64,000 nt of DNA from an uncultured delta proteobacterium (GCA_963782055.1 CAWAIF010000003.1:2112001-2176000); one strand, 5' to 3'. Positions 42,834-54,394 are shown, counted from the stretch's first letter. Notes: a model not told the origin generated them from the letters alone. Translations and numbers: made by a program.

Positions 42834-43874
42834 ATGGCCGACGCGAAGGTGGCAGTGCTCGGATCGGGCGCGTGGGGGACGGCGCTCGCCAAGGTCCTGG
42901 CGGAGAAGGGGGACGCGGTGGTGCTCTGGGGGCGCAACGCGGAGGTGGCGACGCAGGTCAACGAGCGCCGGGAGAACGAGCGCTACCTGCCGGGGGCGAA
43001 GCTGCCCGCGTCGCTCTCCGCCACGCGTGACCTGAAGGAGGCGCTCGAGGGCGCGTCGATGGTCGTCTTCGTCGCGCCCAGCCACGCGACCCGGGAGGTG
43101 GCGCGCCTGGCCGCGCCGTTCGTGCCGCGCGGCGTGCCGGTGGTGAGCGCCACCAAGGGCATCGAGAACGAGTCGCTCATGTTCATGGACGAGGTACTGA
43201 AGGAGGAGCTGCCGCAGGAGGTGAGCGAGCGCCTCGCGTTCCTCAGCGGGCCGAGCTTCGCCAAGGAGCTGGCGCGCCACCACCCGACGGCCGTCGTCAT
43301 CGGCAGCCACCACGCCGAGACGCGCGAGCACGTGATGCGGCGCTTCCACGCGCCGTACCTCCGCACCTACGCGAGCGACGACGTCATTGGCGTCGAGTGT
43401 GGCGGCGCGCTGAAGAACGTCATCGCCATCGCGTCGGGCGCCATCGACGGCCTGGGCCTGGGCCACAACACGCGCGCCGCGCTCATCACGCGCGGCCTGG
43501 CGGAGGTGGTGCACCTGGCGGCGGCGCGCGGGGGTTCGCCCCTGACCCTCGCCGGCCTCGCCGGCATGGGCGACCTGATGCTCACCTGCACCGGCGATCT
43601 CTCGCGCAACCGCACCGTCGGCGTGGAGATGGGCAAGGGGCGCAAGCTCGCCGACGTGCTCGCCACGCTCGGTCACGTGGCCGAGGGCGTGAAGACCGCC
43701 AAGAGCGCGTACGACCTGGGTCGCAAGCTGGGCGTGGAGATGCCCATCACCCGCGAGGTGTACGCGGTGCTCTACGAGGACAAGAGCGCGGAGCAGGCCG
43801 TCGTGGATCTGATGGCCCGCGAGCTCGGACCGGAGTTCGACCTGAACGCGATGCACCGCGCCGCGCGCGGTTGA
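42834..43874 (+). CDS. gpsA: NAD(P)H-dependent glycerol-3-phosphate dehydrogenase
   Basis: GSGAWGTALA, TKGIE, LSGPSFA, GGALKNVIAIA, GLAGMGDL..TC...SRN, VAEG. Confidence 0.97.
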   Translation: MADAKVAVLGSGAWGTALAKVLAEKGDAVVLWGRNAEVATQVNERRENERYLPGAKLPASLSATRDLKEALEGASMVVFVAPSHATREVARLAAPFVPRGVPVVSATKGIENESLMFMDEVLKEELPQEVSERLAFLSGPSFAKELARHHPTAVVIGSHHAETREHVMRRFHAPYLRTYASDDVIGVECGGALKNVIAIASGAIDGLGLGHNTRAALITRGLAEVVHLAAARGGSPLTLAGLAGMGDLMLTCTGDLSRNRTVGVEMGKGRKLADVLATLGHVAEGVKTAKSAYDLGRKLGVEMPITREVYAVLYEDKSAEQAVVDLMARELGPEFDLNAMHRAARG

Positions 43875-43938
43875 GCGCCGCGCGTCCGAACGAAAAGAAC
43901 GTGTCGTGCGCGTTGCGGCTGGGGTAGCCTTCCAGTCG

Positions 43939-45297
43939 ATGCGAACGCGCTCGCTCGCTCTTGTCACCGCGCTTCTTTCCGGTTCGACGCTCCTCGTCGC
44001 CAACGCCTCGGCGCAGCAGCCGCAGTACCCGCCGCCGCAAGGGTCGGCGTATCCGCCGCCGCAGTACCCGCCGCCGCAAGGGTCGGCGTATCCGCCGCCG
44101 CAGTACCCGCCGCCGCAAGGGTCGGCGTACCCACCGCCGCAGTACCCGCCGCCGCAGGGGACGGCGCCGCCGCCGCAGTACCCGCCGCCGCAGGGCTACC
44201 CGCCGCCGCAGGGCTACCCGCCGCCGCAAGGCTACCCGCCGCCGCAGGGGACAGCGCCTCCTCCGCAGTACCCGCCGCCGCAGGGCTACCCGCCCCCGCA
44301 AGGCTACCCGCCGCCGCAGGGCTACCCGCCGCCGCAGGGGACGGCGCCTCCTCCGCAGCAGTATCCGCCGCCGGGCAACCCGCCCCCGCAGGCCGCCCTG
44401 CCGCCGCCCGCGCCGGTGGCGCCCAAGGACCCCAACAAGCGCGACGACGGCGAGATGGTGTTCCTCTACGCGACGAGCGCCGCCTACGGCATCACCAGCG
44501 GCATCTGGATCGACACCCTGGCGAAGGTGGACAACCCTGGCCTCGCCCTCATCGCGCCCATCCTGCTCGGCGCCGCGGTCCCCGTCGGCTTCTTCCTGTG
44601 GGACGACTTCGGCACGGTGCATCGCGGGGTGCCCTCCACCATCTCCACCGGCATCATCGCCGGCGCGCTGGAGGGGCTCGGTATCGTCGGCGTCAACCTG
44701 GCGACCACCGGCCCGCAGAAGCAATGGGGCGCCGACGGCGCGATGACCTCCGTCTTCATCGGCTCCACCCTCGGGGGGGTCGGCGGCTACTTCTTCGGCG
44801 AGTTCGTCCGCCCCGACCCGCGCCGCCTCGGGCTCATCGCCAGCGGCGCGGGCTGGGGCTCCACCGCCGGCGCGCTGATGGGGGCCGGCTCCGGCGACAA
44901 CGATCCCGAGTCCACCGGCCAGGGCGCGATGGTCGGCACCCTCGTCGGCCTCAACGTCGGGCTGCTCGGCACCGGCGCGCTCGCCGCCGCCGGCTACGAT
45001 CCCTCCTGGCGCTCGCAGGAATGGATGTGGGCCGGCGCGGGCATCGGCCTGCTCGCCACCAGCCCGGTCTACATCGTCTACGCCGCGACCGATCCCGGGA
45101 AGGCGAAGAACGGCATGGTGGCCAACAGCCTCGGGGAGATCGCCGGCGTCGTGCTCGCCGGGATCCTCACGCGCGACCTGAAGGACCCGGAGCCGCCCGG
45201 CGGAGCGAAGGCAGCCAAGGGCTTCACGCCACCCTTCACCCTCTCCATCAACCCGACACGCGGCGGGATGATGATCGGCGCCTCGGGTCTCTGGTAG
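43939..45297 (+). CDS. Exported protein with YPPPQG repeats and a Gly-rich hydrophobic C-terminal domain
   Basis: Signal peptide ending ASA, about 125 aa of Pro-rich repeats, glycine-zipper-like segments, terminal W. Confidence 0.75.
   Translation: MRTRSLALVTALLSGSTLLVANASAQQPQYPPPQGSAYPPPQYPPPQGSAYPPPQYPPPQGSAYPPPQYPPPQGTAPPPQYPPPQGYPPPQGYPPPQGYPPPQGTAPPPQYPPPQGYPPPQGYPPPQGYPPPQGTAPPPQQYPPPGNPPPQAALPPPAPVAPKDPNKRDDGEMVFLYATSAAYGITSGIWIDTLAKVDNPGLALIAPILLGAAVPVGFFLWDDFGTVHRGVPSTISTGIIAGALEGLGIVGVNLATTGPQKQWGADGAMTSVFIGSTLGGVGGYFFGEFVRPDPRRLGLIASGAGWGSTAGALMGAGSGDNDPESTGQGAMVGTLVGLNVGLLGTGALAAAGYDPSWRSQEWMWAGAGIGLLATSPVYIVYAATDPGKAKNGMVANSLGEIAGVVLAGILTRDLKDPEPPGGAKAAKGFTPPFTLSINPTRGGMMIGASGLW
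44023..44390 (+). repeat. Coding tandem repeats (39-bp QYPPPQGSAYPPP and 18-bp YPPPQG units)
   Basis: CAGTACCCGCCGCCGCAAGGGTCGGCGTA repeated three times, then nested TACCCGCCGCCGCAGGGC units. Confidence 0.9.
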
Positions 45298-45306
45298 CGC
45301 GAGCGC

Positions 45307-45555
45307 TCACCCGCCCGTTGGGGGCAGCGGGCTCGTCGGCGCGTCCGTCGGGGCGGCACTGTCCGCGGGGGCAGCGCTGTCGGCCGGGGCGGCGCTGTCG
45401 GCCGGGGCGGTGTCGGATGGCGCCGCGCTGCCGGCGGGCGGGACCATCTCCGGACCGTCGGGCACCATCGGCGGCTTGCTCTCGCCGCAGGCAGTCGCCA
45501 TCACCAGGGCGGCAGCGAGCGCCGCGAGCGTCAGGGTCGTCGTCCGCTGATTCAT
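45307..45555 (-). CDS. Small lipoprotein with PADSAA repeats
   Basis: ATG after GGAGG; MATAC lipobox; PADSAA x3. Confidence 0.72.
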   Translation of the reverse strand: MNQRTTTLTLAALAAALVMATACGESKPPMVPDGPEMVPPAGSAAPSDTAPADSAAPADSAAPADSAAPTDAPTSPLPPTGG

Positions 45556-45573
45556 CGTGTCCCTCCGAGACCT

Positions 45574-45617
45574 ACAAAACGCGAAGCGGGACGTGCTGTA
45601 AAGCACGTCCCGCTCGC
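45574..45617 (-). terminator. Rho-independent terminator-like hairpin
   Basis: Minus strand GCGGGACGTGCT-TTAC-AGCACGTCCCGC followed by TTCGCGTTTTGT, downstream of 45656..45880. Confidence 0.7.
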
Positions 45618-45655
45618 CCGAGGCTCCGCCGTGAGGCGGTTCCCCGTAGGACCAC

Positions 45656-45880
45656 TCACTGAGCCGGGGCGGGAGCCGCCGCGGAGTCGGCCGGAGCCGC
45701 CGCGGAGTCGGCCGGAGCCGCCGCGGAGTCGGCCGGAGCCGCCGCCGAGTCGGTCGGGGCCGTCGTCGTCGTGGTGGTCGTCGAGCTCGGGTCCTGAGCC
45801 TTCGGCGCATCACCACCGCACGCAACACCGGCGATAGCAGACGCCAACGCCAGAACCGTAAGAATCGCAACCTTGTTCAT
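45656..45880 (-). CDS. Small lipoprotein with poly-Thr and PADSAAA repeats
   Basis: GAGGAGGAG SD; GVAC lipobox; 21-bp tandem repeats at about 45665-45752. Confidence 0.78.
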   Translation of the reverse strand: MNKVAILTVLALASAIAGVACGGDAPKAQDPSSTTTTTTTAPTDSAAAPADSAAAPADSAAAPADSAAAPAPAQ

Positions 45881-45920
45881 TTGATCTCCTCCTCGAAAAC
45901 ACACACACGAACGGGGCAAC

Positions 45921-45950
45921 CTTTTAGCCGTACTGCCTTTCGGTGGTCAA
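45921..45950 (-). promoter_or_regulatory. Candidate sigma70-type promoter
   Basis: Minus strand TTGACC-N18-TAAAAG in an AT-richer region upstream of 45880. Confidence 0.4.
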
Positions 45951-46104
45951 CGTTTCTCGTGGGGTCGGGGCAGAACGGCCCAGGTAGGTGGGTACCCCTT
46001 CCACGTACCCGCCCATGCCGAACGCCTCCGCCGGCACCTCCCTTACAGCGGCCCTTCGGGTTCGGCGCCGGCTCGGGTAAGCTACCCCCCGGTTCAGAGA
46101 CGCG

Positions 46105-48006
<1,902 letters not shown>

Positions 48007-48062
48007 GCCGGGCACGGCGTCGGGTTCGGTGCTGCGGGCCCGTCCGTGGGCAGAGTGGCGCT

Positions 48063-49658
48063 ATGATGATGCTCCCGAACGTGCAGACGGACCCTTCCAC
48101 TGGCGCGCCCGCGCTCGATGCCCGACCGAAGGCCGAGACGCAGAGCATCGAGGATCTGCTCGAGGAGGCACGTCGGGGGCGGATCCGCATCCCGCGGTTT
48201 CAACGCGCGCTGAAGTGGGAGCCGGATGACACGAGCCTCCTGTTCGACAGCATCTACCGCGGGTACCCGATCGGCACGTTGCTGTTCTGGCAGACCGCGG
48301 CGGAGGCGCAGCGCGTCCACTTCGGGCCGGTCGCCATCGATGCGCCTGCGAGGGCCGATGCGTGGTGGGTCGTGGACGGACAGCAGCGCCTGACGTCTCT
48401 CGTGCGCGTCCTGCTTGGGGATGGTTACGACGCGCACGCCCTCGCCTTCGACCTCGACCGGGAGGCGTTCGTTCGGGCGGGCCAGGCGAAGAAGGACGCG
48501 GCTCGCTACCTCCCCCTGACCGAGGTGCTCGACAGCGAGCGCCTCCACCGGTGGGTCGCGGACCGCGAGCTCGCGCGGGAGCGTCAGACCGTCGCCTTTC
48601 GCCTGAACAAGCGGGTGCGCGAGTACTCCGTTCCGGCCTACGTCGTCGTGACTGCCGACGAGAACGTCCTGCGGAGGATCTTCGACCGCAGCAACAACAC
48701 GGGTAAGCGTCTCACGCAGAGCGACGTGTTCGACGCGCTGCACGGCGCACGCAGCGCGGAGGAGCCCGCCGACTTCGAGGGCGTCGCCCAGTCGCTGGAG
48801 GACCTGCAGTTCGGGACGGTCGAGGAGACGATCCTCTACCGTTCGTTGCTGGCGATCCACGGATACGATGCTGTGGGCGGCGAGTTGCCGGCCTCGTTCC
48901 AGGCGGTCGGCGCTTACCCGCGGACGGCACGCGCCGTCCGGGCGGCGATCGTGTTCGTGGTGAATCGCGTCGGTATCCCTCACGTGGACTTGCTGCCGTA
49001 CAAGCAACCGCTCGTGGCCCTCGCGAAGTTCTTCAATCGGCACCCGGAGCCGTCGGCGCGGTCGGTCGAGCTGCTCGCTCGGTGGGTCTGGCGAGGCGCC
49101 TGGAGCGAGCGGCACCGTGGGGACACGGTCTCGACACGGGCAACGCTCGGGGCCATCGGCGACGACGAGAACGCCAGCGTCCAGGCTCTGCTCGCGACCA
49201 TCCCCAAGGAGGAGCCGGCGTCCGGATCCTCGCTGCCCCCGTACAACTTCCGCCATGCGCGGAGCAAGCTGGAGATCCTCGCGCTCCTGTCGCTCGGCCC
49301 GCGCGAACTACGCACCGGAGCGCCGCTCGGGGGCGCGGTCGTGGCGAAGCCCGAGTCCGTCCTCAGCGTCGTATCTACGGACCACCCCCTCGCGAAGACC
49401 GCCGCCGCGCGCATCGTCCACCCGCACATCCCCAGGCTGCGCTTCGCGCTGACGCACGCCGACGCCGACGTCCGGCGAACCCATGCCGTATCGCCCGACG
49501 CCTACCAGGCGCTGGTCGCCGACGACGAGCCGAGGTTCCTCGAGCAACGCGCTGCCGAGATCAAGCAGCTCGTTCACTCCTTCCTCGGGGCTCGTGCCAA
49601 GTGGTCGGACAACGATCGGCCGCCGCTAGACGCGCTTCGCGTTCCGGACGAGGATTGA
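48063..49658 (+). CDS. DUF262 (ParB/Srx-like, GmrS-like) domain protein
   Basis: [48 protein letters not shown]. Confidence 0.88.
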   Translation: MMMLPNVQTDPSTGAPALDARPKAETQSIEDLLEEARRGRIRIPRFQRALKWEPDDTSLLFDSIYRGYPIGTLLFWQTAAEAQRVHFGPVAIDAPARADAWWVVDGQQRLTSLVRVLLGDGYDAHALAFDLDREAFVRAGQAKKDAARYLPLTEVLDSERLHRWVADRELARERQTVAFRLNKRVREYSVPAYVVVTADENVLRRIFDRSNNTGKRLTQSDVFDALHGARSAEEPADFEGVAQSLEDLQFGTVEETILYRSLLAIHGYDAVGGELPASFQAVGAYPRTARAVRAAIVFVVNRVGIPHVDLLPYKQPLVALAKFFNRHPEPSARSVELLARWVWRGAWSERHRGDTVSTRATLGAIGDDENASVQALLATIPKEEPASGSSLPPYNFRHARSKLEILALLSLGPRELRTGAPLGGAVVAKPESVLSVVSTDHPLAKTAAARIVHPHIPRLRFALTHADADVRRTHAVSPDAYQALVADDEPRFLEQRAAEIKQLVHSFLGARAKWSDNDRPPLDALRVPDED

Positions 49659-49659
49659 C

Positions 49660-50853
49660 GTGCTCCTCGGGGTCTACCTCGGTGCCGACCTCGTCGGCGA
49701 GATCGTGACGAGCGCGGACCGCGTGGAGTTCCGCCTCACCGACGCGTACAGGGCGACCTATCCGCGGCCGGTGCTGGGACAGGTATTCGAGGACGACCCG
49801 GATCGCGTGCACCGGAGCCGGATCAAACTGCCTCCGTTCTTCTCCAACCTGCTACCCGAGGGAGCGCTCCGGCAGATGCTCGCACGGCAGCTTGGCTCCC
49901 GGGTGGACGACGAGCCGGCGCTCCTCGCATACCTGGGGGAGGATCTGCCGGGAGCCGTGCGGGTCGTCACCGAGGACGGGTCGAGAGAGGAGGAGGCCGG
50001 AGCGCCCGACGCAGGCGAGCATGAGGCGCCCGACGCGCTGAAGTTCTCGCTCGCCGGCGTCCAGCTGAAGCTCTCGGCGCTTCGCGTCGACCGCGGTTTG
50101 ACCATCCCCACGCACGGGGTCGGAGGAAACTGGATCGTGAAGCTTCCGGACCCCCGGTTTCCAGGGGTTCCGGAGAACGAGTGGTCGATGATGACGCTCG
50201 CAAGGAAGGCGGGGCTCGACGTGGCCGACGTCGAATTGGTCGCCTTGGGGGAGATCCGCGGTCTGCCGGAGGGGATCGCGCCGTCACCCGATACTCTCGC
50301 CCTCGCCGTGCGGCGCTTCGACCGACCCGACGGGGCACGCGTCCACATGGAGGACTTCGCGCAAGCGCTCGACGTGCGCGCCACCACGCACCGCGAGAAG
50401 TACGGTGCGGCGAACTTCGAGACGATCGCGCGGATCGTGGCTCGCGTGGCGCCGGCCTCCGCGGAGGAGTTCGTCCGCCGGCTTGCCTTCAACGTGATGA
50501 TCGGCAACGGCGACGCGCACATCAAGAACTGGTCCCTTCTCTACCCCGACCGCATCCACCCTGTTCTCTCGCCCGGCTATGACCTCGTCTCGACCGTCCT
50601 GTACATCCCGGCCGACGACCTGGGACTCAACCTCGCACGGTCGAAGCAGTTCGGGGACGTGACCGTCGAGAGCTTCGCGCGCCTGCAGCGGAAGGCCGAT
50701 CTGCCCTTCGACGCAGGGGCCACGGCGTTGGGCCTGGTCAGGCGCGTCCGTGAGGTGTGGGCCGAGGTTCGAAGCGCGCTTCCCCTGGCCGAGAGCGGGA
50801 AGCAGGCGATCGAGGCGCACTGGGGCACCGTCCCGCTCGTCCGCACCGCCTAG
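49660..50853 (+). CDS. hipA: HipA-family serine/threonine kinase toxin
   Basis: N-terminal LPPFFSNLLPEG, G.DLPGAV; FSLAGVQLK loop, WIVK, ENE, RRFDR, HMEDFAQ, GNGDAHIKNWS, SPGYD. Confidence 0.92.
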   Translation: MLLGVYLGADLVGEIVTSADRVEFRLTDAYRATYPRPVLGQVFEDDPDRVHRSRIKLPPFFSNLLPEGALRQMLARQLGSRVDDEPALLAYLGEDLPGAVRVVTEDGSREEEAGAPDAGEHEAPDALKFSLAGVQLKLSALRVDRGLTIPTHGVGGNWIVKLPDPRFPGVPENEWSMMTLARKAGLDVADVELVALGEIRGLPEGIAPSPDTLALAVRRFDRPDGARVHMEDFAQALDVRATTHREKYGAANFETIARIVARVAPASAEEFVRRLAFNVMIGNGDAHIKNWSLLYPDRIHPVLSPGYDLVSTVLYIPADDLGLNLARSKQFGDVTVESFARLQRKADLPFDAGATALGLVRRVREVWAEVRSALPLAESGKQAIEAHWGTVPLVRTA

Positions 50854-50873
50854 GCTGGTGCTACGCTTCGACC

Positions 50874-51352
50874 ATGGGTTGGAGCGGGGTCCCCGGGCCT
50901 GCGGTGTGCCTGGCGATCCTCGGGTGCGGGAGTGAGCCGGCGGACCTCGACGACGCCGGTCGCGACGCGACGGTGGAGGCGCGGCCGCGCGCGCCGGCGC
51001 AGGGGCGGCTCGTCGACGTCGTGACGCCGCCACTGCAGCCGGACCCGACGTTGGACGGGGGCGGACCCTTTCTCTGCGAGGGGTGTGTCTGCAACGGCGC
51101 CGACCACTTCTGCTACGTCTACTGTGGCAGCGGGGGCGGGGCGCCGCCGCCGCTCGCCCCCGTGGACGGCGGTATCGCCGACGCGGGCCCATGCAAGGAG
51201 CCGGACGCGGCCTTCACGACCGGTTGCCACGCGGTGCCCGCGGAATGCCTGCCCGACCCTTCGTGCGCCTGATCGCACACCACTTCATCGGCAGGTGCGA
51301 GCTGGACCCGAGCGGAGACGGCATCGATCTCACGTTCCAGCCCGTCCCGTGA
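50874..51352 (+). pseudogene. Cys-rich lipoprotein, frameshifted near 51268 (paralog of 51373..51861)
   Basis: Frame 1 ends CLPDPSCA* at 51272; the matching tail LIAHHFIGRCELDPSGDGIDLT continues in another frame to 51352. Confidence 0.75.
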
Positions 51353-51372
51353 AACCGCGCTACCATCTCGGG

Positions 51373-51861
51373 ATGAGGCGCTTGCTCGTCCTGGGGATCG
51401 CGGGGGTGGTGTGGGCGGCGGTGCCGGCTTGCGGGAGCGACCCCGGGGATGCGGGCGACGCCGGGGCGGACGCGACGGCGGACGTGACGCCGAAGAAGGA
51501 CGCCGCGAGCGACTCGCCCTTCGCCGACGACATCGCCGTCTTCGACTCCTTCCCGCCGGCCGACCCCACCGTCGACGGCGGTGGGCCGTTCCTGTGCAAC
51601 GGGTGCGTGTGCAACGGCGCCGACCACTACTGCTTCCTCGTCAGCGGCGGGGGGGCGCCCCCGCCCATGCCGCTGGATTTCGACGCGGGCGACGCCGGGC
51701 TCTGCCCCGAGCCGGACGCCGGGCCGGCGAGCTGCCGCCCGGTGCCCGCCAATTGCCTGCCCGACCCCTCCTGCTCGTGCATCACCCAATCGCAGGGAGG
51801 AAGCGGCTGCCAGGTGGACCCCAGCGGGAACGGGATCGTCGTCACCCTGCTGGCACCGTAG
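51373..51861 (+). CDS. Cys-rich lipoprotein
   Basis: VPAC lipobox; DPTVDGGGPFLCNGCVCNGADHYC...CLPDPSCSC...CQVDPSGNGI. Confidence 0.8.
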   Translation: MRRLLVLGIAGVVWAAVPACGSDPGDAGDAGADATADVTPKKDAASDSPFADDIAVFDSFPPADPTVDGGGPFLCNGCVCNGADHYCFLVSGGGAPPPMPLDFDAGDAGLCPEPDAGPASCRPVPANCLPDPSCSCITQSQGGSGCQVDPSGNGIVVTLLAP

Positions 51862-51928
51862 CGCCTGCGCCGCCCGGCGCGGGTATGCTGGTCAGGCTCC
51901 GTGACGGTGATCCGTCGGAGCTGCCGCC

Positions 51929-54313
51929 ATGTCCACCGTCTGTCCCGACAAGACCCGCGCCGACCTGGAGTGGGACCGCGTCCTCGGCGCGCTCGCCGAC
52001 CGGTGCGAGAGCGAGCCGGGGAAGGCGGCGGCCCGCGATCTGCCCTTCGCCGAGACGCACGCCGACGCGCGCCTCCGCCTCGACGAGACGCGCGAGGCGA
52101 CGGCGCTGCGGGCGAGCGGCGAGGCGCTGCCCGTCGTCGCGCTCGGCCCGGTGGACGAGGCGCTGGAGCGGCTGCGCGTCGGCGGGGTGCTCGCCCCCGC
52201 GGAGCTGCGCGTGCTCGCCCGCATGCTGCTGTGGGCGCGCAACGTGCGCCGCTTCCTCGCGCCCCGGAAGGAGCGGTGTCCCGCGCTGTTCGCGGCCTGC
52301 TCGTCGGACCCGACCCTGGACGATCCCGCGGAGGAGATCCGGCAGAGCTTCGACCCCGACGGCACGCTCTCCGACCACGCGAGCCCCCGGCTGCGCGAGC
52401 TGCGCGGGGAGCTGCGCGCCGCCCGCGCCCGCATGATGTCGCGGCTCGAGGACCTGATGCAGCGCTACTCCACGGTGCTGCAGGACCACTTCGTCACCGA
52501 GCGGGAGGGCCGCTACGTGCTGCCGGTGCGGAGCGACGCGCACGAGCGCTTCCCGGGCATCGTCCACGCCACCAGCGGCAGCGGGGGAACGCTCTTCGTC
52601 GAGCCGCGCGCGGTCGTTCCGATGGGCAACCGGCTGAAGATGCTCGAGGCCGACGCCGTCCGGGAGGAGGAGGCGATCTACGCCGGCCTCACCGCGCGCC
52701 TCTTCGCCGCGCTCCCCAGCGTGCTCGCCGCGGCCGAGGCGATGGCTCGCGCCGACGTCTGCGCCGCCGCGGCGCGACTGGCGGAGGAGCTCGAGCTGAC
52801 CTTCCCGGAGATCGTCCCCGCGGCGGTGCTCGACCTGCGCGAGGCGCGGCACTTGCTCCTCGCGCTGGAGCTGCCGCACGTGGTGTCGAGCGACATCCAC
52901 GTGGAAGGCGGCCACGCGATGGTGATGAGCGGGCCCAACGCCGGCGGGAAGACGGTGGCGCTCAAGACCGCGGGGCTGGTGGCGCTGCTGCTGCGCGCGG
53001 GGCTACCCGTGCCGTGCGGGCAGGGGAGCCGCGCCGGGCTCTTCGACGCCGTGCTGACCGACGTCGGCGACGACCAGAGCCTGCACAAGAGCCTCTCCAC
53101 CTTCAGCGCGCACGTGAAGAACCTCGTCGAGATCCTGGAGGAGACGCGCCCGGGCGCGCTGGTGCTGCTGGACGAGCTCGCCGGCGGGACCAATCCGCGC
53201 CAGGGCGAGGCGCTCGCCGCGGGGGTGCTCGACTCCCTGTGCGCGCGCGGCGGCGCGGTGATCGCCACGACGCACTACGAGGGGCTGAAGGCGCTCGCGC
53301 TGGGCGACACGCGCTTCCAGAACGCCAGCGTGGGCTTCGACCTCGCCACCATGACCCCCACCTTCCGGCTCACGCTGGGCGTCCCGGGTAGCTCCAGCGC
53401 GCTCGCGGTGGCGCGGCGGTTCGGGCTGCCCCCGACGGTCATCGAGCGCGCGGAGCGCTTCCTCTCGAAGGAGGAGCGCTCGCTGGAGGAGGAGGTGCGG
53501 CGCGTGCACGACGAGCGCATGGCGCTGGAGCTCGCGCGCGCGGCGGCGGAGGAGGAGAAGCGCAAGGCGGAGGTGGCGCGGGTCCGGCTGGAGGCGGAGC
53601 TGGAGCAGGCGCGCTCGCGAGAGGGGAGGGCGGTGTCGCGGGAGGCCGAGCAGCTGATGGCGAGCGTGCGCCGCGCCAGGGAGGACCTCCGCGCCGCGCA
53701 GGCGCGCCTGCGCGCGAAGAAGCTGGACGAGGGGAGCGTGCGCGAGGCCTCGCGCATGCTGGATCGCGTCGCCGCGCAGGTGGCCATCGGCGGGGAGATC
53801 GGCGCGGTCGTCGCCGCGCCGCCGGAGGAGCGACCCGCGCTGCCGGCGCCGCCGCGCGTCGGGGCGCGCGTGCACGTCCCGCGGCTGCGCGCCGACGCCG
53901 ACGTGGTGGAGGTGCTCGCCGGCGGCGTGGTCCGCGTCGCGGCCGGTCCCATCAAGCTGGTCGTGCCCGCGGCGGAGCTGCGCGTGGCGGAGCCGGTCGC
54001 GCGCCCGGAGCGCAAGCGCTCGGGACACGGCCACGCGCCGGCGGTGCGCGACGAGCACCCGATGCAGACGGTCGACACCACGTGCGATCTTCGCGGGATG
54101 CGTGTCGACGACGCGCTCTCCATGCTCGGCGCCTTCCTCGACCGCGCCGCGCACCAGGGGCGGGGGGCGATCTTCGTCGTCCACGGCCACGGCACCGGCG
54201 CGCTGCGGGAGGCCGTGCGCCGTGAGCTCGGCGCGAGCGGGTACGTGACACGGCAGCGCGCCGGCGAGCTGTCGGAGGGCGGGGATGGCGTGACAATCGC
54301 CTGGCTCGCCTGA
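51929..54313 (+). CDS. mutS2: MutS2 family protein with a C-terminal Smr domain
   Basis: LEWDRV, REGRYVLPV, SGSGGTLFVEP, SGPNAGGKTV.LK, LSTFSAH, LLDEL, TTHY, Smr DLRGMR...VHGHGTGALR...GGDGVT. Confidence 0.95.
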   Translation: MSTVCPDKTRADLEWDRVLGALADRCESEPGKAAARDLPFAETHADARLRLDETREATALRASGEALPVVALGPVDEALERLRVGGVLAPAELRVLARMLLWARNVRRFLAPRKERCPALFAACSSDPTLDDPAEEIRQSFDPDGTLSDHASPRLRELRGELRAARARMMSRLEDLMQRYSTVLQDHFVTEREGRYVLPVRSDAHERFPGIVHATSGSGGTLFVEPRAVVPMGNRLKMLEADAVREEEAIYAGLTARLFAALPSVLAAAEAMARADVCAAAARLAEELELTFPEIVPAAVLDLREARHLLLALELPHVVSSDIHVEGGHAMVMSGPNAGGKTVALKTAGLVALLLRAGLPVPCGQGSRAGLFDAVLTDVGDDQSLHKSLSTFSAHVKNLVEILEETRPGALVLLDELAGGTNPRQGEALAAGVLDSLCARGGAVIATTHYEGLKALALGDTRFQNASVGFDLATMTPTFRLTLGVPGSSSALAVARRFGLPPTVIERAERFLSKEERSLEEEVRRVHDERMALELARAAAEEEKRKAEVARVRLEAELEQARSREGRAVSREAEQLMASVRRAREDLRAAQARLRAKKLDEGSVREASRMLDRVAAQVAIGGEIGAVVAAPPEERPALPAPPRVGARVHVPRLRADADVVEVLAGGVVRVAAGPIKLVVPAAELRVAEPVARPERKRSGHGHAPAVRDEHPMQTVDTTCDLRGMRVDDALSMLGAFLDRAAHQGRGAIFVVHGHGTGALREAVRRELGASGYVTRQRAGELSEGGDGVTIAWLA

Positions 54314-54394
54314 GCCCGCGTCGCACGTTGCCCCGTCCGGAGTCGCCCCGCGCGACGCGTAGGTGGTATGAGGGGCTGACAGGAGGCGGCGACC

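Noticed and set aside
44023..45752. Tandem repeats as a possible CRISPR array
   Set aside because: Unit lengths are multiples of 3, they lie in coding frames, and there are no unique spacers or cas genes.
48007..48062. Hidden hipB antitoxin gene
   Set aside because: The gaps are too small (56, 1 and 20 nt) and no overlapping ORF in the track looks like an HTH protein.
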